The notes under the pieces: generated by a model | Database searches by the model: none | What the model was told of the DNA's origin: nothing | The model's input: the letters and a program-made list of their open reading frames with translations, nothing else | Origin: Naegleria gruberi | Taxonomy: Eukaryota | Assembly (NCBI GenBank): GCA_000004985.1 | Contig: GG738883.1 | Length of the DNA: 64,000 bases | Reading direction: 5' to 3' (one strand) | Made by a program: the position numbers and the translations under genes | Shown here: one piece after another, positions 48,227-60,140 of the stretch | Layout: each line of letters begins with the position of its first letter | Numbering within the stretch: the first letter of the stretch is position 1

Positions 48227-49849
48227 TTAACCACCACTCTCAATATTATTTCTTGTCAAGAACACGTTATCATATTCGAAAGATAGTCTTTCTTTGAGAG
48301 CTTCTTCATAGGGAATAGCTGGGTGACCAATCTCACAAAATAGCCCTGCATGTCGTGCTAATTCAATTGCTATATCTTTGCTTTTTGAAATATAATTTAC
48401 AAACTCTGCTGCCATACCAGAACGCTGTTTTAGTGTGAACAAAAGCATTGACTCATCCGTAATGTACAAATGTCTAATATCGTTATTGTTTCGTATTAGA
48501 CTAGGATTTGCTACTAGTGCCCTTTTTATATAGTCTCTATCAGATAGTTGACTGTTTGTGAGTTTGTGTTGACTACCGAATGTTTTTGAATGTTTGAGAC
48601 ATTCAAGAAGGAATTCTTCATCCTCCAACATTGAGGGAAGTATATCAATGGTAATATCTTCTGATAAAGTCTTGATTATTAGATTCTTATTTGTCTTTAA
48701 ATGATGTGAAAGAAAGTGATAGACTTTCGGGTTCACTTTGAGTGCTTTTTCAGCAAACTCGATATCGTTCAGCAGATGATTTGGTAAATGTTTGATATAC
48801 TCTGATTTGACAATAGTTTCCAATATTAAATCTTCGGTCATTGAAGAAATTAATTGTTCTTGTAATAACTTGATTTCCCAACAAACATTAATTACATGTT
48901 CAATAGCTAGGGGATTTTGAGATAATGCTTGTTTTACAATATTCTTATCAGACCTCAATCGTATAGATGCATATTGAAGAGCCAAACCATTCTGCTTTAC
49001 AGCCAATAGCACAATTTCACTTTGATCTCTCATTACTTCATTCGCAAACTCCAGTGCAAGCCCATTTTGCTTCACTGCAATTTTAACAATAGAGTAAGGT
49101 ACATCTCTAGAGCAAAAATTCAGAGCCAATCCATTTTGTGTAACAGCAATTTGAACAATGTCTAAATCATTCTGAAATTTTGAAAATACTTTCAAATTGA
49201 GTCCATTCCAACTGATGAATAATCTGGCCAGTTTCTTATCCACCAGTTTCGATTCATCTAAATAATTAATATCTCCCTTTGCAGCAGCAGTAATAACATC
49301 CTCATCATATTCCAACTCATTTCCAATAAAGTAAATATTGAATGGATTGACTTTTAAAACTCTCAATATAAATTCCTTATTTTCCAAATACTTTGAGGGA
49401 AGATTATGCAAAGTAAATCCAGTTTTTTCCATTGCAACCTCAATCACATCTTCATCATAGGCAATACTCGGATCTCCATAGTGAATCATTGCTCCAGACA
49501 TTGAGAGGGCCCTCTTTAATATTTCCTTATCTAACAACCATGAAGGAAAGGAACCTCTCGCATGATCAATATAAAGTTGTCCATTTTGATTCACTGCCTC
49601 CAATACAACATTTCTACAGGCCATAAACTCGACAGGAATCAGACGAATTTCCCTCCACGAAATTATACTCTTTAATTTCCATGTTTTTAGTTCAATATTG
49701 AGAAAATCATCTCTTCTTCGGAACCATTTGCACAGATTTTCCTGTTGACTATTAAATTTTCTTCGTAATAATTTGCTGTAAATTCCCTCCGATAATTGGA
49801 AATCTATTAATTCAAAAATCACCAGAGCAGATGTTGGATCTAAATGCAT
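48227..49849 (-). CDS. Protein composed of the same ~38-aa tandem repeat module found in the kinase-Sel1 gene
   Basis: 540-aa ORF. Repeats include DQSEIVLLAVKQNGLALQYASIRLRSDKNIVKQALSQN and DLDIVQIAVTQNGLALNFCSRDVPYSIVKIAVKQNGLALEFANEVMRD, very similar to 29230-29420 in the + strand gene. Confidence 0.5.
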   Translation of the reverse strand: MHLDPTSALVIFELIDFQLSEGIYSKLLRRKFNSQQENLCKWFRRRDDFLNIELKTWKLKSIISWREIRLIPVEFMACRNVVLEAVNQNGQLYIDHARGSFPSWLLDKEILKRALSMSGAMIHYGDPSIAYDEDVIEVAMEKTGFTLHNLPSKYLENKEFILRVLKVNPFNIYFIGNELEYDEDVITAAAKGDINYLDESKLVDKKLARLFISWNGLNLKVFSKFQNDLDIVQIAVTQNGLALNFCSRDVPYSIVKIAVKQNGLALEFANEVMRDQSEIVLLAVKQNGLALQYASIRLRSDKNIVKQALSQNPLAIEHVINVCWEIKLLQEQLISSMTEDLILETIVKSEYIKHLPNHLLNDIEFAEKALKVNPKVYHFLSHHLKTNKNLIIKTLSEDITIDILPSMLEDEEFLLECLKHSKTFGSQHKLTNSQLSDRDYIKRALVANPSLIRNNNDIRHLYITDESMLLFTLKQRSGMAAEFVNYISKSKDIAIELARHAGLFCEIGHPAIPYEEALKERLSFEYDNVFLTRNNIESGG

Positions 49850-49986
49850 TTAAATTGTTTTTTTTAAAAGAAATTTTTATTTATTTTACAATTTTATGTT
49901 TTAATATTTTACGATTGAATGAACAAGACAGGTTTAATGTAATATTGAATGAATAAATGTGATTTTGAGAGTGAAACTATTGAAAT

Positions 49987-52900
49987 TTAGTTGGATTTTG
50001 ATTCGAGAATTGATTTCAGCTTATTCAATTCTGACATAATCTCAGTAAATGAAGGACGAACAGACGGATCCTTATCCCAACAAACTTGCATCAGCTCAAG
50101 ATACTTCCTAGTAAATTCTGATAATATCTCCAATGGCAATTTCTTCTCTGTTGGTAACACAAACTCACTCAACCAAATATTCATCTCCTCATTGGTAGAG
50201 AAGGGTATTTTAGGTCTTGACCCCTTTAACACTCTGCATAGAATAGTATATTCATTCGTGCTGTTTGTTGCATCATTTGATCCAAATCTGTGAATTTTGA
50301 AAACTCTGGAATTACAATAACAGTGTTCCTCAAAGAAAACTTCCCACATAATAATGGAGAAACTGTACACATCAACTTTGGTGGTATAGGATCCACTTTC
50401 AATCATTTCGGAGGCCATGTAGAAAACTGTGCCGATGTTCTTAGTTGAGGCACTATCAGTGGGTGTTGATAATCCAAAATCTGAAACCTTTCCAACAAAA
50501 TCATTACTAATGAGTATATTTCCTGGTTTTAAATCTCTATTTATGGAAATCAATAAAAAAACTTAAATTAACTAAAGAAACATACCTGTGAATCAATGGA
50601 GGATTCAATGTGTGAAGATATTTCATTCCATTGGCAATTGAAATTAAAATATCAAGTTTTCCTTTCAAATTCAAAGGAGAAACTCCTATTCTTGAATTGT
50701 AAATCAATCGATCCAAACTTCCATTACCAATGTACTCCACAACCATGTATTTGTTGTTGGAGGTCTTGGAAATTCCATAAAATTTGACAATATTTGGATG
50801 AGATAAACTATTTAAAATTGCTGCCTCTCGTTCAAACTCACCAACTTCATCACCGGTAGTATCTGACTTGAGTGCTTTGATGGCAACTTGTTTACCTTTC
50901 CATTTACCCAAATAAACAACACCATTACTTCCCTCTCCTATTTTCTTTTCAATTGAAATTTCCTCAATTGGAATAATCAAAGATTGTGAAGTAAAGGATT
51001 TATCTGAAGTTACCAAAAGTGGTTGACTTAAAGAATTGAATGAATTTTCAATAATTACGTCTTCCAAATTCTTTTCGGCAATTTCCTTTCTCTTGAGAAG
51101 GTTTAGTTTCATATAAACATGTCTCACTCCTCTAAAAGTAAGAAACAATAAAAGAATGATAAAAATCATTAAGAGAATTCCAAGAACCACACTGATTGGA
51201 ATTATTATTTGCTCAGAATTATCAGTATCAATACAAACAAAACCAGTAGAAAGTGGATTTTGAAGTACTTTTCCTTTTGGACAATCTGCAATATTAATAG
51301 TGATATTTTGAACAATATTTTGGATTGTAATATATCCATGCACTTGTCTCAGTTGCATTTTGTCTATGTCAAGTGAATAGGTTACAGAATTAAGTTGATT
51401 TGGAATAAGCTTTTTCGAATAAATCGTACCCTCTGATAAGGAAACAACGTCCACTTGACTTTGTAATTTCTTGACTGAAACCCTTTCTCCTTTACCCGTA
51501 TAGGTCTGTAAATTTCCTATACTAATGGTCAGCTCTTGTCCTGGGTATTGTGAATAGATAACATCTTGGTTTTGAATGAATTTGGAAACAACACTAGTAG
51601 CAGATATAACTTCTACAGTAAATGTTATATTATTTAGAGGTTCTCCAATGATATCTCCATATGATCCGGCTTCATTATTATCCTCCATGAGAAAACTTGA
51701 TACAATAATATAAGGACCTGGCTCTGAAATATAAATACAACCTCCTGAGAATACAGCACGATTGTATGAACACTTCAAATAATCCAAAAGCACTAATGGT
51801 TTTGGGTTTTCAACAAAAATAGCACCTCCAAGTTGTGCCGTATTATGTGTATTCGTTGAAGCTCTCAAATCCAAAGCATCTGTTCCCAATAATTTGGCAT
51901 AGATAGCACCTCCCATTTGGGCACTATTGTTGTTTGCGAGTAGTCTTAATGAAATTGCCAATCCTTCAACATAGACAGCACCTCCTCTCACTGCCTTGTT
52001 TCCATTGAATGTGCAATCATTAATTTGAATGATATTTGCCTTTATATAAACTCCATGTTGTATTGTTAAATCACCATTGTAGTTAAAATCACAATAATTC
52101 ATTAATAAAGATGATTGGGCAACATCCATCAACGAATCAATACGTATGGAAATACTAGAATTTCTAAAGTTAGTTTGAAATAGTGCAATGTAATTACTTT
52201 GAGAAACGCTGATACCATTTTTAACATTATTGAAATTATTAGAGAGGAACATTGTTTGTAAAGTGTTAGCAATTTGGAGTACTGGACTGTTTGCCAGTAA
52301 ATTATGAAATTCATTGAATCCAATTTTTAAAGAATTAATGTTATAGGCGTAGAATTGAAATTCGCCATCACTCACATTGTTGTTTTCAAATTTTGAAGAT
52401 GCCAAAAAGCTCTGTCGAATGGTTACAGAGCCAGTGAAGGTATTTTGTGAAATTTCAGAGGTTCTACAAATCAAAAAATCAGAATCTTTCACTCTACTGC
52501 GCAATAAGGAAAATCTTAGCTCAACCATATTGTCTCTATCAGATAGAGAAGAGGAAATAAATTGATACTTTTCAATGGTACAATTATTGAAAAATGTGCC
52601 AGGATTTAAAGATGGAGTCTCTTGTGTGTGTTTGATGTTTTTAAGTGTGGAATTTGCAAAATTTGCTGTAACAGTTGCGTAAAATTCAACAAATTCTAAT
52701 TGAGAATTTACAACAGACACAGAAATTGTTCCAAACTGACGACTTGGTTCATAAATTACTGAATTAAGTAGAATGGAATTCTCAATCTCTATCAATGGAA
52801 CAGCAACCAAACTGTTGCCACCATTGTTCAAAGTAAAATCAAAAAGTTTCAATCCCGACAACTTTAATCCATTCATGGCATTTAAATAAGTAAAGAAAGA

Positions 52901-53278
52901 TCCTCCATTACATTCAAATTGAATCCTCTTACTTTGATCAAATGATTCCAAGATCAAACTTTGCAATGGTTGATAACATACTATTCCACACTTGTATTCT
53001 CCATCCATCAAGTAGACATGAACTCTAGAAAATCTAATAGAATTGGCATAGGAAATAGCCTCTTCTACACTCTTGCAAGGGTTATTAGGGGATGTACAAT
53101 TGCGTTCTGTATTTAAGGATGACGGCTTAACATAGACAAATACATAACCAGATGACAATTGTTGATCAAATGATGATGATGTCGTTGTTGTTGTTGAATT
53201 ATCAACCAGAGCATTAATTACCACTGGTAGGCACATGAAAAGCAAAAAGAAAATCGGGGATATTTTCAGTGGAGTCAT
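49987..53278 (-). CDS. Single-pass receptor kinase with a parallel β-helix (PbH1/GGA-motif) ectodomain
   Basis: Start MTPLKISPIFFLLFMCLPVVINA (signal peptide) at 53278. The ectodomain has GGAVYVEG, MGGAIYAKL, LGGAIFVENP and SGGCIYISEP β-helix repeats. TM segment IIPISVVLGILLMIFIILLLFLTF. The kinase is split by an intron (50537..50586; GTATGT...AATAG, phase-consistent): IGEGSNGVVYLGKWKGKQVAIKALK / ...HR|DLKPGNILISNDFVGKVSDFGLS...VDVYSFSIIMWEV. Confidence 0.65.
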
Positions 53279-53641
53279 TTTTCTTGTTTTTGGAAGTGGG
53301 AAGAGATTCCAGTTCAATTTAATCTGGATAGCTGCTGAGGTAGGCACATTCTTCTGATCTTTATCGGAGAAGTAACTGTAATTAAGTATCCTTACTTTCG
53401 AAAGTAAGTTGATGATAAACTTTGATGCAGACAATGTCAATACCATTGGAGTTCTTTAGATTTTTGGAGTTGTGATTAAAGTTGGGAACTGTCTGGCACC
53501 AATTACTTTGGGACTGACAATTACGTTAGGTATTTCATTGGGAACAGGTATTGGTCTATGTCTAGAATCCTTAGCTTTTATTCTCTCAAAAGTTTTTGTA
53601 ATTTTGTTAAAGAATCTCAAGACAACGACAATTGATTTTAT

Positions 53642-56019
53642 TTACAGAACAGAATCAAAATTCTTCTTTGCTGACTTTAGCTTATTCTTGATGGTATCAG
53701 TAAAGCTGGTATTTTTTGAATAATCATTTGGATTTGGTCTTTCTCTTCCATGCTTCTCGTAAACTCTATCTAGACGAGATTTGTGTGAACTTTTAGTTTC
53801 TTGTGGTTCTGAAAAGTCATCATAGTCATAGTTATCCTCATTCACTTCAACGAGTTTGATATTGTCATCAATCTCAATTCTTGTCTCAAAATCTTCATTT
53901 TCATCCAATGAAATATTAACAGCTGATCTCAAGTCGTTTTCTTCTAATTTGTCGAATGAGGAGGAAATCTTTTCAGCACTAACATTTTGAAGTTGTCTCA
54001 ACTTCTTAGCACGAGCTCTATGTAATATTTCTCTGCCTTCCAAAATTGTTTCGTCACTCATATTTGATCCAGTATAACTAAATCTTTGAATATTACACAA
54101 AGTTCCACATCTTTCAATAAGTTTGAACATTGTAATAAAGGCAACAACAATAATTAACAATGGGAAGTAATCGACAATAAAACCACCAAGTAAACCAAAA
54201 ATACGAAGACCATCTACTCTCAAAGCTCCATAAATTGCAAAGTAGGCAACACCATCATCAGGGTCGACACCAACCATCTGCAAAAAGTTGAAACACATAG
54301 TCGGAATGGCTCTGCACAATAAGAGAGCTGTATAGAATAAAGTGTAAGAGTCAGTGTGATGAGGAACCATTTGGAACAAGTACAAAATTCTAACTCTATA
54401 CATGGCAAAGAGGAGTGTTACAAGGATCAACCCCAAAATGAGAAGAGCAACTATCTGGATAGCAAAACGATCTCTCATAGACATGATTATCAACTCTAAA
54501 ATAGATAAACTCAATCTCTTGGTAGCATAAATGTTCTTGAAGAGAGGTGTAAATTCACACCACATGATAATCAAACCAAATGGAACGAATGCAAGAGCCA
54601 ATAATTTCAAAAGTAGAGATCTCAAATATTTAACATAAATCCACTCTGGTTTTTCTATAATTGTTTGTACAACCTTTGGTCTTGGACTACGGAATGGAGA
54701 AGCAACTTTCATGTCAGAACTGTTTTCCTTTGAGTGAATTACATCTTGCAAGATGAATGCCTTCTTTTGGAGATGTTTCCATTGATATTGTTTGGAACTA
54801 AACTCACGAATAGCTTTTTGGAGCAATCTGTGAATCTTTACACAATCTGATCTTGATAAATCTTCAATGTTTTTAGGAAGCAAACCATCATCAACATCTC
54901 TTGAGGTGGATCTTCTAATTGCCTTATTCAACTGTGGGTGATCGCGAATCACTTCTTCGACAGTCATCATTATACGCTCCACATTCTTAAATTGTTTGTG
55001 TGTTGAGTCGACCTTTCTTTCCAATATCTTACAAACTCCCAAATAATCCAACAATTCATTTTCCAATTCCTCTAATTCTTCCACAATAGTTGGTGTAGTA
55101 AATTCGTACAATTGCAATTGACGTTCGTCATTAGAGGTTTCCCATAAATATCTAGGAACTGCAATTATACCATAACCAATGAAACCAACCAACAAGACCA
55201 AACCATAAATATTGGATAAACTCAAACCCAGACCAGCTATCAAATCTAGTGAAATTATCTGAGCATTGGCTGGATCATTCGCATTAGAAATTGCAATGTA
55301 AATGCAAAATCCTCCCAAACCAAGACCTCCCACAAGTAACATAATTGAGTAGGTAATCAAGTTATCCAAAATAGCACGAAGCCATCTGAAAATTGCCAAG
55401 AATTCACCGGTATACAAGTAACTCTGGAAAATTGGTAGTAAAATCCAAGATAACACTTGTAGTGTCCAATATATAACTCTCCACATGGTTACAAGTGCCG
55501 GATCAGGCTTCATCTTTTTGTTTAATTTATCATTTGAAATTGCCTGTTTTCATCATCCACATGTTGTTTGTTGTTGTTGTTTAAATTCCATAATAATGAT
55601 TGATATGAAATTTGTATTACACAATTTAACCAAGTTTTAAATTCACAACATTATAAAGTTAAATTACTTACGGAAGCTAAATCTATACAACATAAGAAAA
55701 CAGCCAAGAAGAGCAATAAATAGGTAATTAACAATGGAATGTACAAGAACCAAGGGAATGGGTTCGATTTGGTGTAGTACCTCAACAGTGCTACAGAGGC
55801 AATGGTTCCTAAAATCAACGTAAAAGCCAAACTCACAAAGAAGAAGGCATCCATTGAGTGTTGTGTATCTACATTGGTTCCATTCGTAAAGTTATATGTA
55901 TTGTTGCTATTGATGATAGGTGGAGAAGGTCCAGCTAAAATACTATTAGCAATCGGATAGAGTATATTAGCCAAAAGGCTATCCGAGGTAGAAGAAGATA
56001 CCTCTCCCTGTTGATTCAT
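53642..56019 (-). CDS. LMBR1-domain-like multi-pass membrane protein
   Basis: Exon 1 55672..56019 (N-terminal TM helices), a 158-nt intron with GTAAGT donor, exon 2 53642..55513. About 9 TM helices with a central hydrophilic coiled-coil loop (EELEELENELLDYLGVCKILERKV), typical of the LMBR1/LIMR family. Acidic C-terminal tail. Confidence 0.4.
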
Positions 56020-56657
56020 GTTGTGTTACTCTCTCAAATCAACACCTGTGTTCTAATTGATGATCAAACGCACGGAAGAAATCTTTGATTTTTTGTGTTT
56101 TGAGTTTTAATAATAATTGAACATTGGGTTACATCATGTAGCAAAAAGAGCACTCTTTCTACTGGTGTTCTAATTAGCCATAAAATAGAGAGCAAAAACA
56201 ACGTCCAACAACATTTCTAATGAAAATTAATGGCGATTATATTTATATATGATACCAAAGCTATCCGTTAAGAAATTTTAAAATAATAATGAATTTATTT
56301 TATTTATAATTGAATTAAAGAAAGCAACAACAAGCATCGATAACACCTCATAATTAATACCATTATTTAGCCTAAGAGAAGTTAGTATGGTCATCAACCC
56401 AAAACATACCACAAACCCTTTATTAATAATTACATCAAATATCGTACTTCCGTGGCAAACGATTCATGAGAATCAAAAGGTGACGGATAGTACCACGAAG
56501 CTTGTAATCGAAGTGGTAATATTCCAAAAAACTTAAACATGTTAACCTCAATACACCTCAGGTTTTGGAAACAACACCCAAATTTGCTTGTTTGGTACTT
56601 TGACATATTGATGTATCTCATTGCTGCTACGAAACATGCTCTGTCAGTAAGAAAAAA

Positions 56658-57883
56658 ATGTCAGGTAATGATGCCAGTGATTGGCTCTGGTCGAAATCTG
56701 ACCTGGTTCTGTCATCCCTTCAACAACAAATGCCCCAAGGTCAAAATGGTAATAAACCACTTGCCTTTGGAGAATTATATAGACTTCAAAACTTTTCTCC
56801 ACGAGAATATACTCAAGCTTCTATAGGGCTCACTATTGCTTTCATACTTGGATTTCTTGCTTTAGGTTTGATTATTATGATTTTCTTCAGTAGAAACAAG
56901 TATAGGAAAACTATGGTAATGAATCAAAAATTCATTCTCATGTTAGTTGGATTGTTATTGGCAATTCAGATATTTTCATTGATTTCAAGAATAATCTTTG
57001 AAGCCATTAGTTTGGATATTATTGATGACATATCACTATTCATTCAACAACAAAATGGAACAGAAGCAATGCAGAATGCCCTCGCTACAATGAATAGTAC
57101 AGTTACTGCAGCTGAGGCTGGAGTTTCAGATTCTCCTATTTTTGCTATGGCATTCTTTGGAGCAATTTATATATTCACAACATCTGCCAATTTGGCTGTC
57201 ATTACTTTGATTGTTACATTTGTTTCCTTTGTTTTCTTCAAGACAATCAAGAGAGGTGGAACTATTTCCAAGAGTCATTATGTTTTCCTTTCGATTTTTG
57301 GAGATGCCTTTGGTGTTTTTGTATTTGTGATTGTTCTATTGATTAGTTTGACATTGGGGATTGTGTACTTACTGGTATCAATTGGTCTCTCATCTGATTT
57401 CCAGACAGGATTATATATTGGTGTGTATGTTCCCTATGTTGTACAAATTCTGTTACAGACTATTCTCTTCAATGTAAGTTTAATTGTCCACCTCTTTTTA
57501 CTTGAACTCACACTTAATAGTTCTCTGCTGTGAAAGTTCTCATCATCATCTCTAAAAACTCCAATCCTCAAAATAAGGGACAATATCAGAAGCCATTTTT
57601 CAAAGTAATTTCTGTACAGATCATTTTGACTCTTTGTGCCTTTATTCAACTGATAGCAACATTGATTGGCCTTATTCAGGGATTCACTTATTCGAAATTG
57701 CTCTTCTTCATTTTCAACAATATTGGAATTATAAGTTTTGCTATTGTTGCAATTACTTTATATAATCCTCTTTTCTCAATTGAACACAAACAGCTCGATA
57801 ATAAGAATGATAGCGCTCTTACTTCTCCAAGAAGTAACAAACAAATTGTTCCACAAGAGAAACCTACACAGGATAATATTTAA
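56658..57883 (+). CDS. Multi-pass (7-9 TM) membrane protein of unknown family
   Basis: Exon 1 56658..57473, intron 57474..57520 (GTAAGT...TTAATAG), exon 2 57521..57883 in frame. Successive hydrophobic helices (IGLTIAFILGFLALGLIIMIFF, FILMLVGLLLAIQIFSLISRIIF, ...). Confidence 0.4.
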
Positions 57884-57905
57884 ATTGATTTTATTTCCAA
57901 CTCTA

Positions 57906-59561
57906 TTAGATGGAACTAATTTCTGTATAGGCTCTCTTCTTTCTATTGTAAAATACTAGAGTAAGGATTATCACACCAACAATAACAAGGAGGAGAGCAG
58001 CTCCACCAATTGATGCTCCAATAATAATACCTAGATTATCTGAATTCTTACTTGGTTCTGGAGTGATATATCCTCCTAAATTGGAGGCATCATTGTCATT
58101 TACATTTGATGTCAAATAGTATGGGACAAATTCAAAATACTTGGATGGACTCAATTTAGTGGAAATGATTTCATTCATTTCAGATGTAGTCAATTTAAGA
58201 GATTTATCAACTTTCTTACCCCAATAATTCAAGCTTACATTGAGCTTTGAATTAGCTTTTTGCACACAGACATCTCCATTGACTGTTTCGACACTATCAA
58301 AAATGTTTTTTTCAATCCTCAAGTTGTTATTGATTGCATTCTTAATAGTGAGAGAACATTTACCAGAGTTTCCTGTTAAAGTGTTACGTACAAACGAAAG
58401 GGCTCCAATATTGTCAAAGTTTACAATACTATAGAATCCATTGACTTGACAATTTACAATTTCATTTTGTTCAAAAACTACTGAATCAAAATTGAATAAT
58501 GGTCCACCAATCAAATTCAAAGGTATTGATGGTAATCCAGAAGATGGGGTCAAATTAATCACCTTATTGTTAGTAAAGCGAAATAATTTCATGTTGTAAT
58601 TCATGAATACGGCAAGACCATGGATATTCTGGAATGTACATTGTTGGATATCAAAAACTCCATTAGATACATCTGGTTGATTATTGGCAATTGCTATTCC
58701 ACTCTCTTTCATATTGAAATTGTCAAATTTAACTCTGAATGCAGTAATATTATAGGAAACTATACCGGATTTGAACCATTTAAAGTCAACATTTGTCAAT
58801 TTAAGGGAAACTCTCTCAGAATTAATACCTTGCCCAACATTGTCGAAAACAGTGTTCTCAACAGTGAATGAATTCTTTGCATTCTTATTGTCAGATCCTT
58901 TGTGGACAAAGGTATTTCCTATTTTGGAGAAATAACAATTCGAAACAGTCACTCGACAAGCATTTTCTGGTAATGCAATCAAAAGGACGGTTTGCATGTT
59001 TTCAAATTTTGATTCAGTTACATGGAATACATGTTCTCCACTAATGATACGAAATAGGTTGTATCCACCATTCATTGTGCAATTACTGAGTTTAATAGAA
59101 TCCAGTGATTGTTGAATGTCAAAGGTTTGAACAGCCTTCAGTCTTTGAGACTTGATAACAGATACTGAATCCAAATCTAAGCGTCTTGTTTGGCCATCCA
59201 ACACAAACGACCACATTTCATTGTTGAAAGATGGAACTGGTTTTGTTCCTTGGAACACATCCAAACTCATGAATTGTACGTGCTTTCCAATTTCTAAACT
59301 TCCATTAATATTGATAGTGATTGGTTGTGTAACATTGGATGATGAGTAGAATACTACTTGAGCATTATCTTTAATTGATAGGATGCTATCTTGTGGAATG
59401 TTCAAGCTTTCCTTGATGAGCACAAGTCCTTTCCATTCAATAATAGATACTTCATTTCTTTTAGCACATACATGTTGAATGTTGTAACTCACAACCATTA
59501 AGATAAACAAGTAAATGGCCAACACTAAGCGTGACCATCTACTCAAAGCTAATACGTTCAT
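57906..59561 (-). CDS. Type I membrane protein with a parallel β-helix ectodomain (paralog of the 46470 and 50587 ectodomains)
   Basis: Signal peptide MNVLALSRWSRLVLAIYLFILMVVSYNIQHVCA. β-helix repeats (VENTVFDNVGQGINSERVSLKLTNVDF; NCQVNGFYSIVNFDNIGALSFVRNTLTGNSGKCSLTIKNAINNNLRIEKNIFDS). C-terminal TM IIIGASIGGAALLLVIVGVIILTLVFY plus a short basic tail. Confidence 0.5.
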   Translation of the reverse strand: MNVLALSRWSRLVLAIYLFILMVVSYNIQHVCAKRNEVSIIEWKGLVLIKESLNIPQDSILSIKDNAQVVFYSSSNVTQPITININGSLEIGKHVQFMSLDVFQGTKPVPSFNNEMWSFVLDGQTRRLDLDSVSVIKSQRLKAVQTFDIQQSLDSIKLSNCTMNGGYNLFRIISGEHVFHVTESKFENMQTVLLIALPENACRVTVSNCYFSKIGNTFVHKGSDNKNAKNSFTVENTVFDNVGQGINSERVSLKLTNVDFKWFKSGIVSYNITAFRVKFDNFNMKESGIAIANNQPDVSNGVFDIQQCTFQNIHGLAVFMNYNMKLFRFTNNKVINLTPSSGLPSIPLNLIGGPLFNFDSVVFEQNEIVNCQVNGFYSIVNFDNIGALSFVRNTLTGNSGKCSLTIKNAINNNLRIEKNIFDSVETVNGDVCVQKANSKLNVSLNYWGKKVDKSLKLTTSEMNEIISTKLSPSKYFEFVPYYLTSNVNDNDASNLGGYITPEPSKNSDNLGIIIGASIGGAALLLVIVGVIILTLVFYNRKKRAYTEISSI

Positions 59562-60140
59562 TGGTTATGTTTCTTTTTTTTCAATCAGAATAATATATAT
59601 TGTGTGCAATTTTTAAATGGTTTACGAACAGAGCTGTTTAGAAAGTAGGTAGGAAAAGTGAAAGGCCCATTTCCTTAAAGCCATTCCATTAACATTGAAT
59701 AATATTTTCCGGTAACAGGCAATGCTTGTTTTGGATTCATTCGGCAAGACAAATCAAAAGCGAATGCAAATTGAAAGCAAATTGAAAGCAATAAAAATGG
59801 GTCCGCCAAATCTACAGTAATAATAAGAGAATGCACTTGTACAATTCTGCAAGCTTAATCCCGTAATCCCTAGCTGCTAACGCACATTTCGATATTTCTC
59901 AACGGAGAAATTGGACTTTCCGAACAACACCGAGAGGCTCCACAATACGGTGAGCATTAAACCTCAACAGTAATGAGGAATAGAAAATTTTCCCAGCACT
60001 GCACCTTTTTTTAAACTTCCTACATTGATTAGCTATGTTGCATCACAAGCATGAGGAATTATCATTAAGGTTATAAATGTGGCTTTGCTTTTTTGGATTT
60101 TAATTGATTGCTAGAATTTTAGTTTATTATAAATTAGCAA

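Noticed and set aside
59769-59790. Tandem GCAAATTGAAA x2
   Set aside because: Only two units in AT-rich intergenic DNA. This is likely chance microduplication.
59850-59960. GC-richer non-coding stretch considered as a possible snRNA or small RNA
   Set aside because: It matches none of the U1, U2, U4, U5 or U6 signature sequences I can recall, and it has no convincing stem-loop. It is more likely promoter sequence of the 57906..59561 gene.
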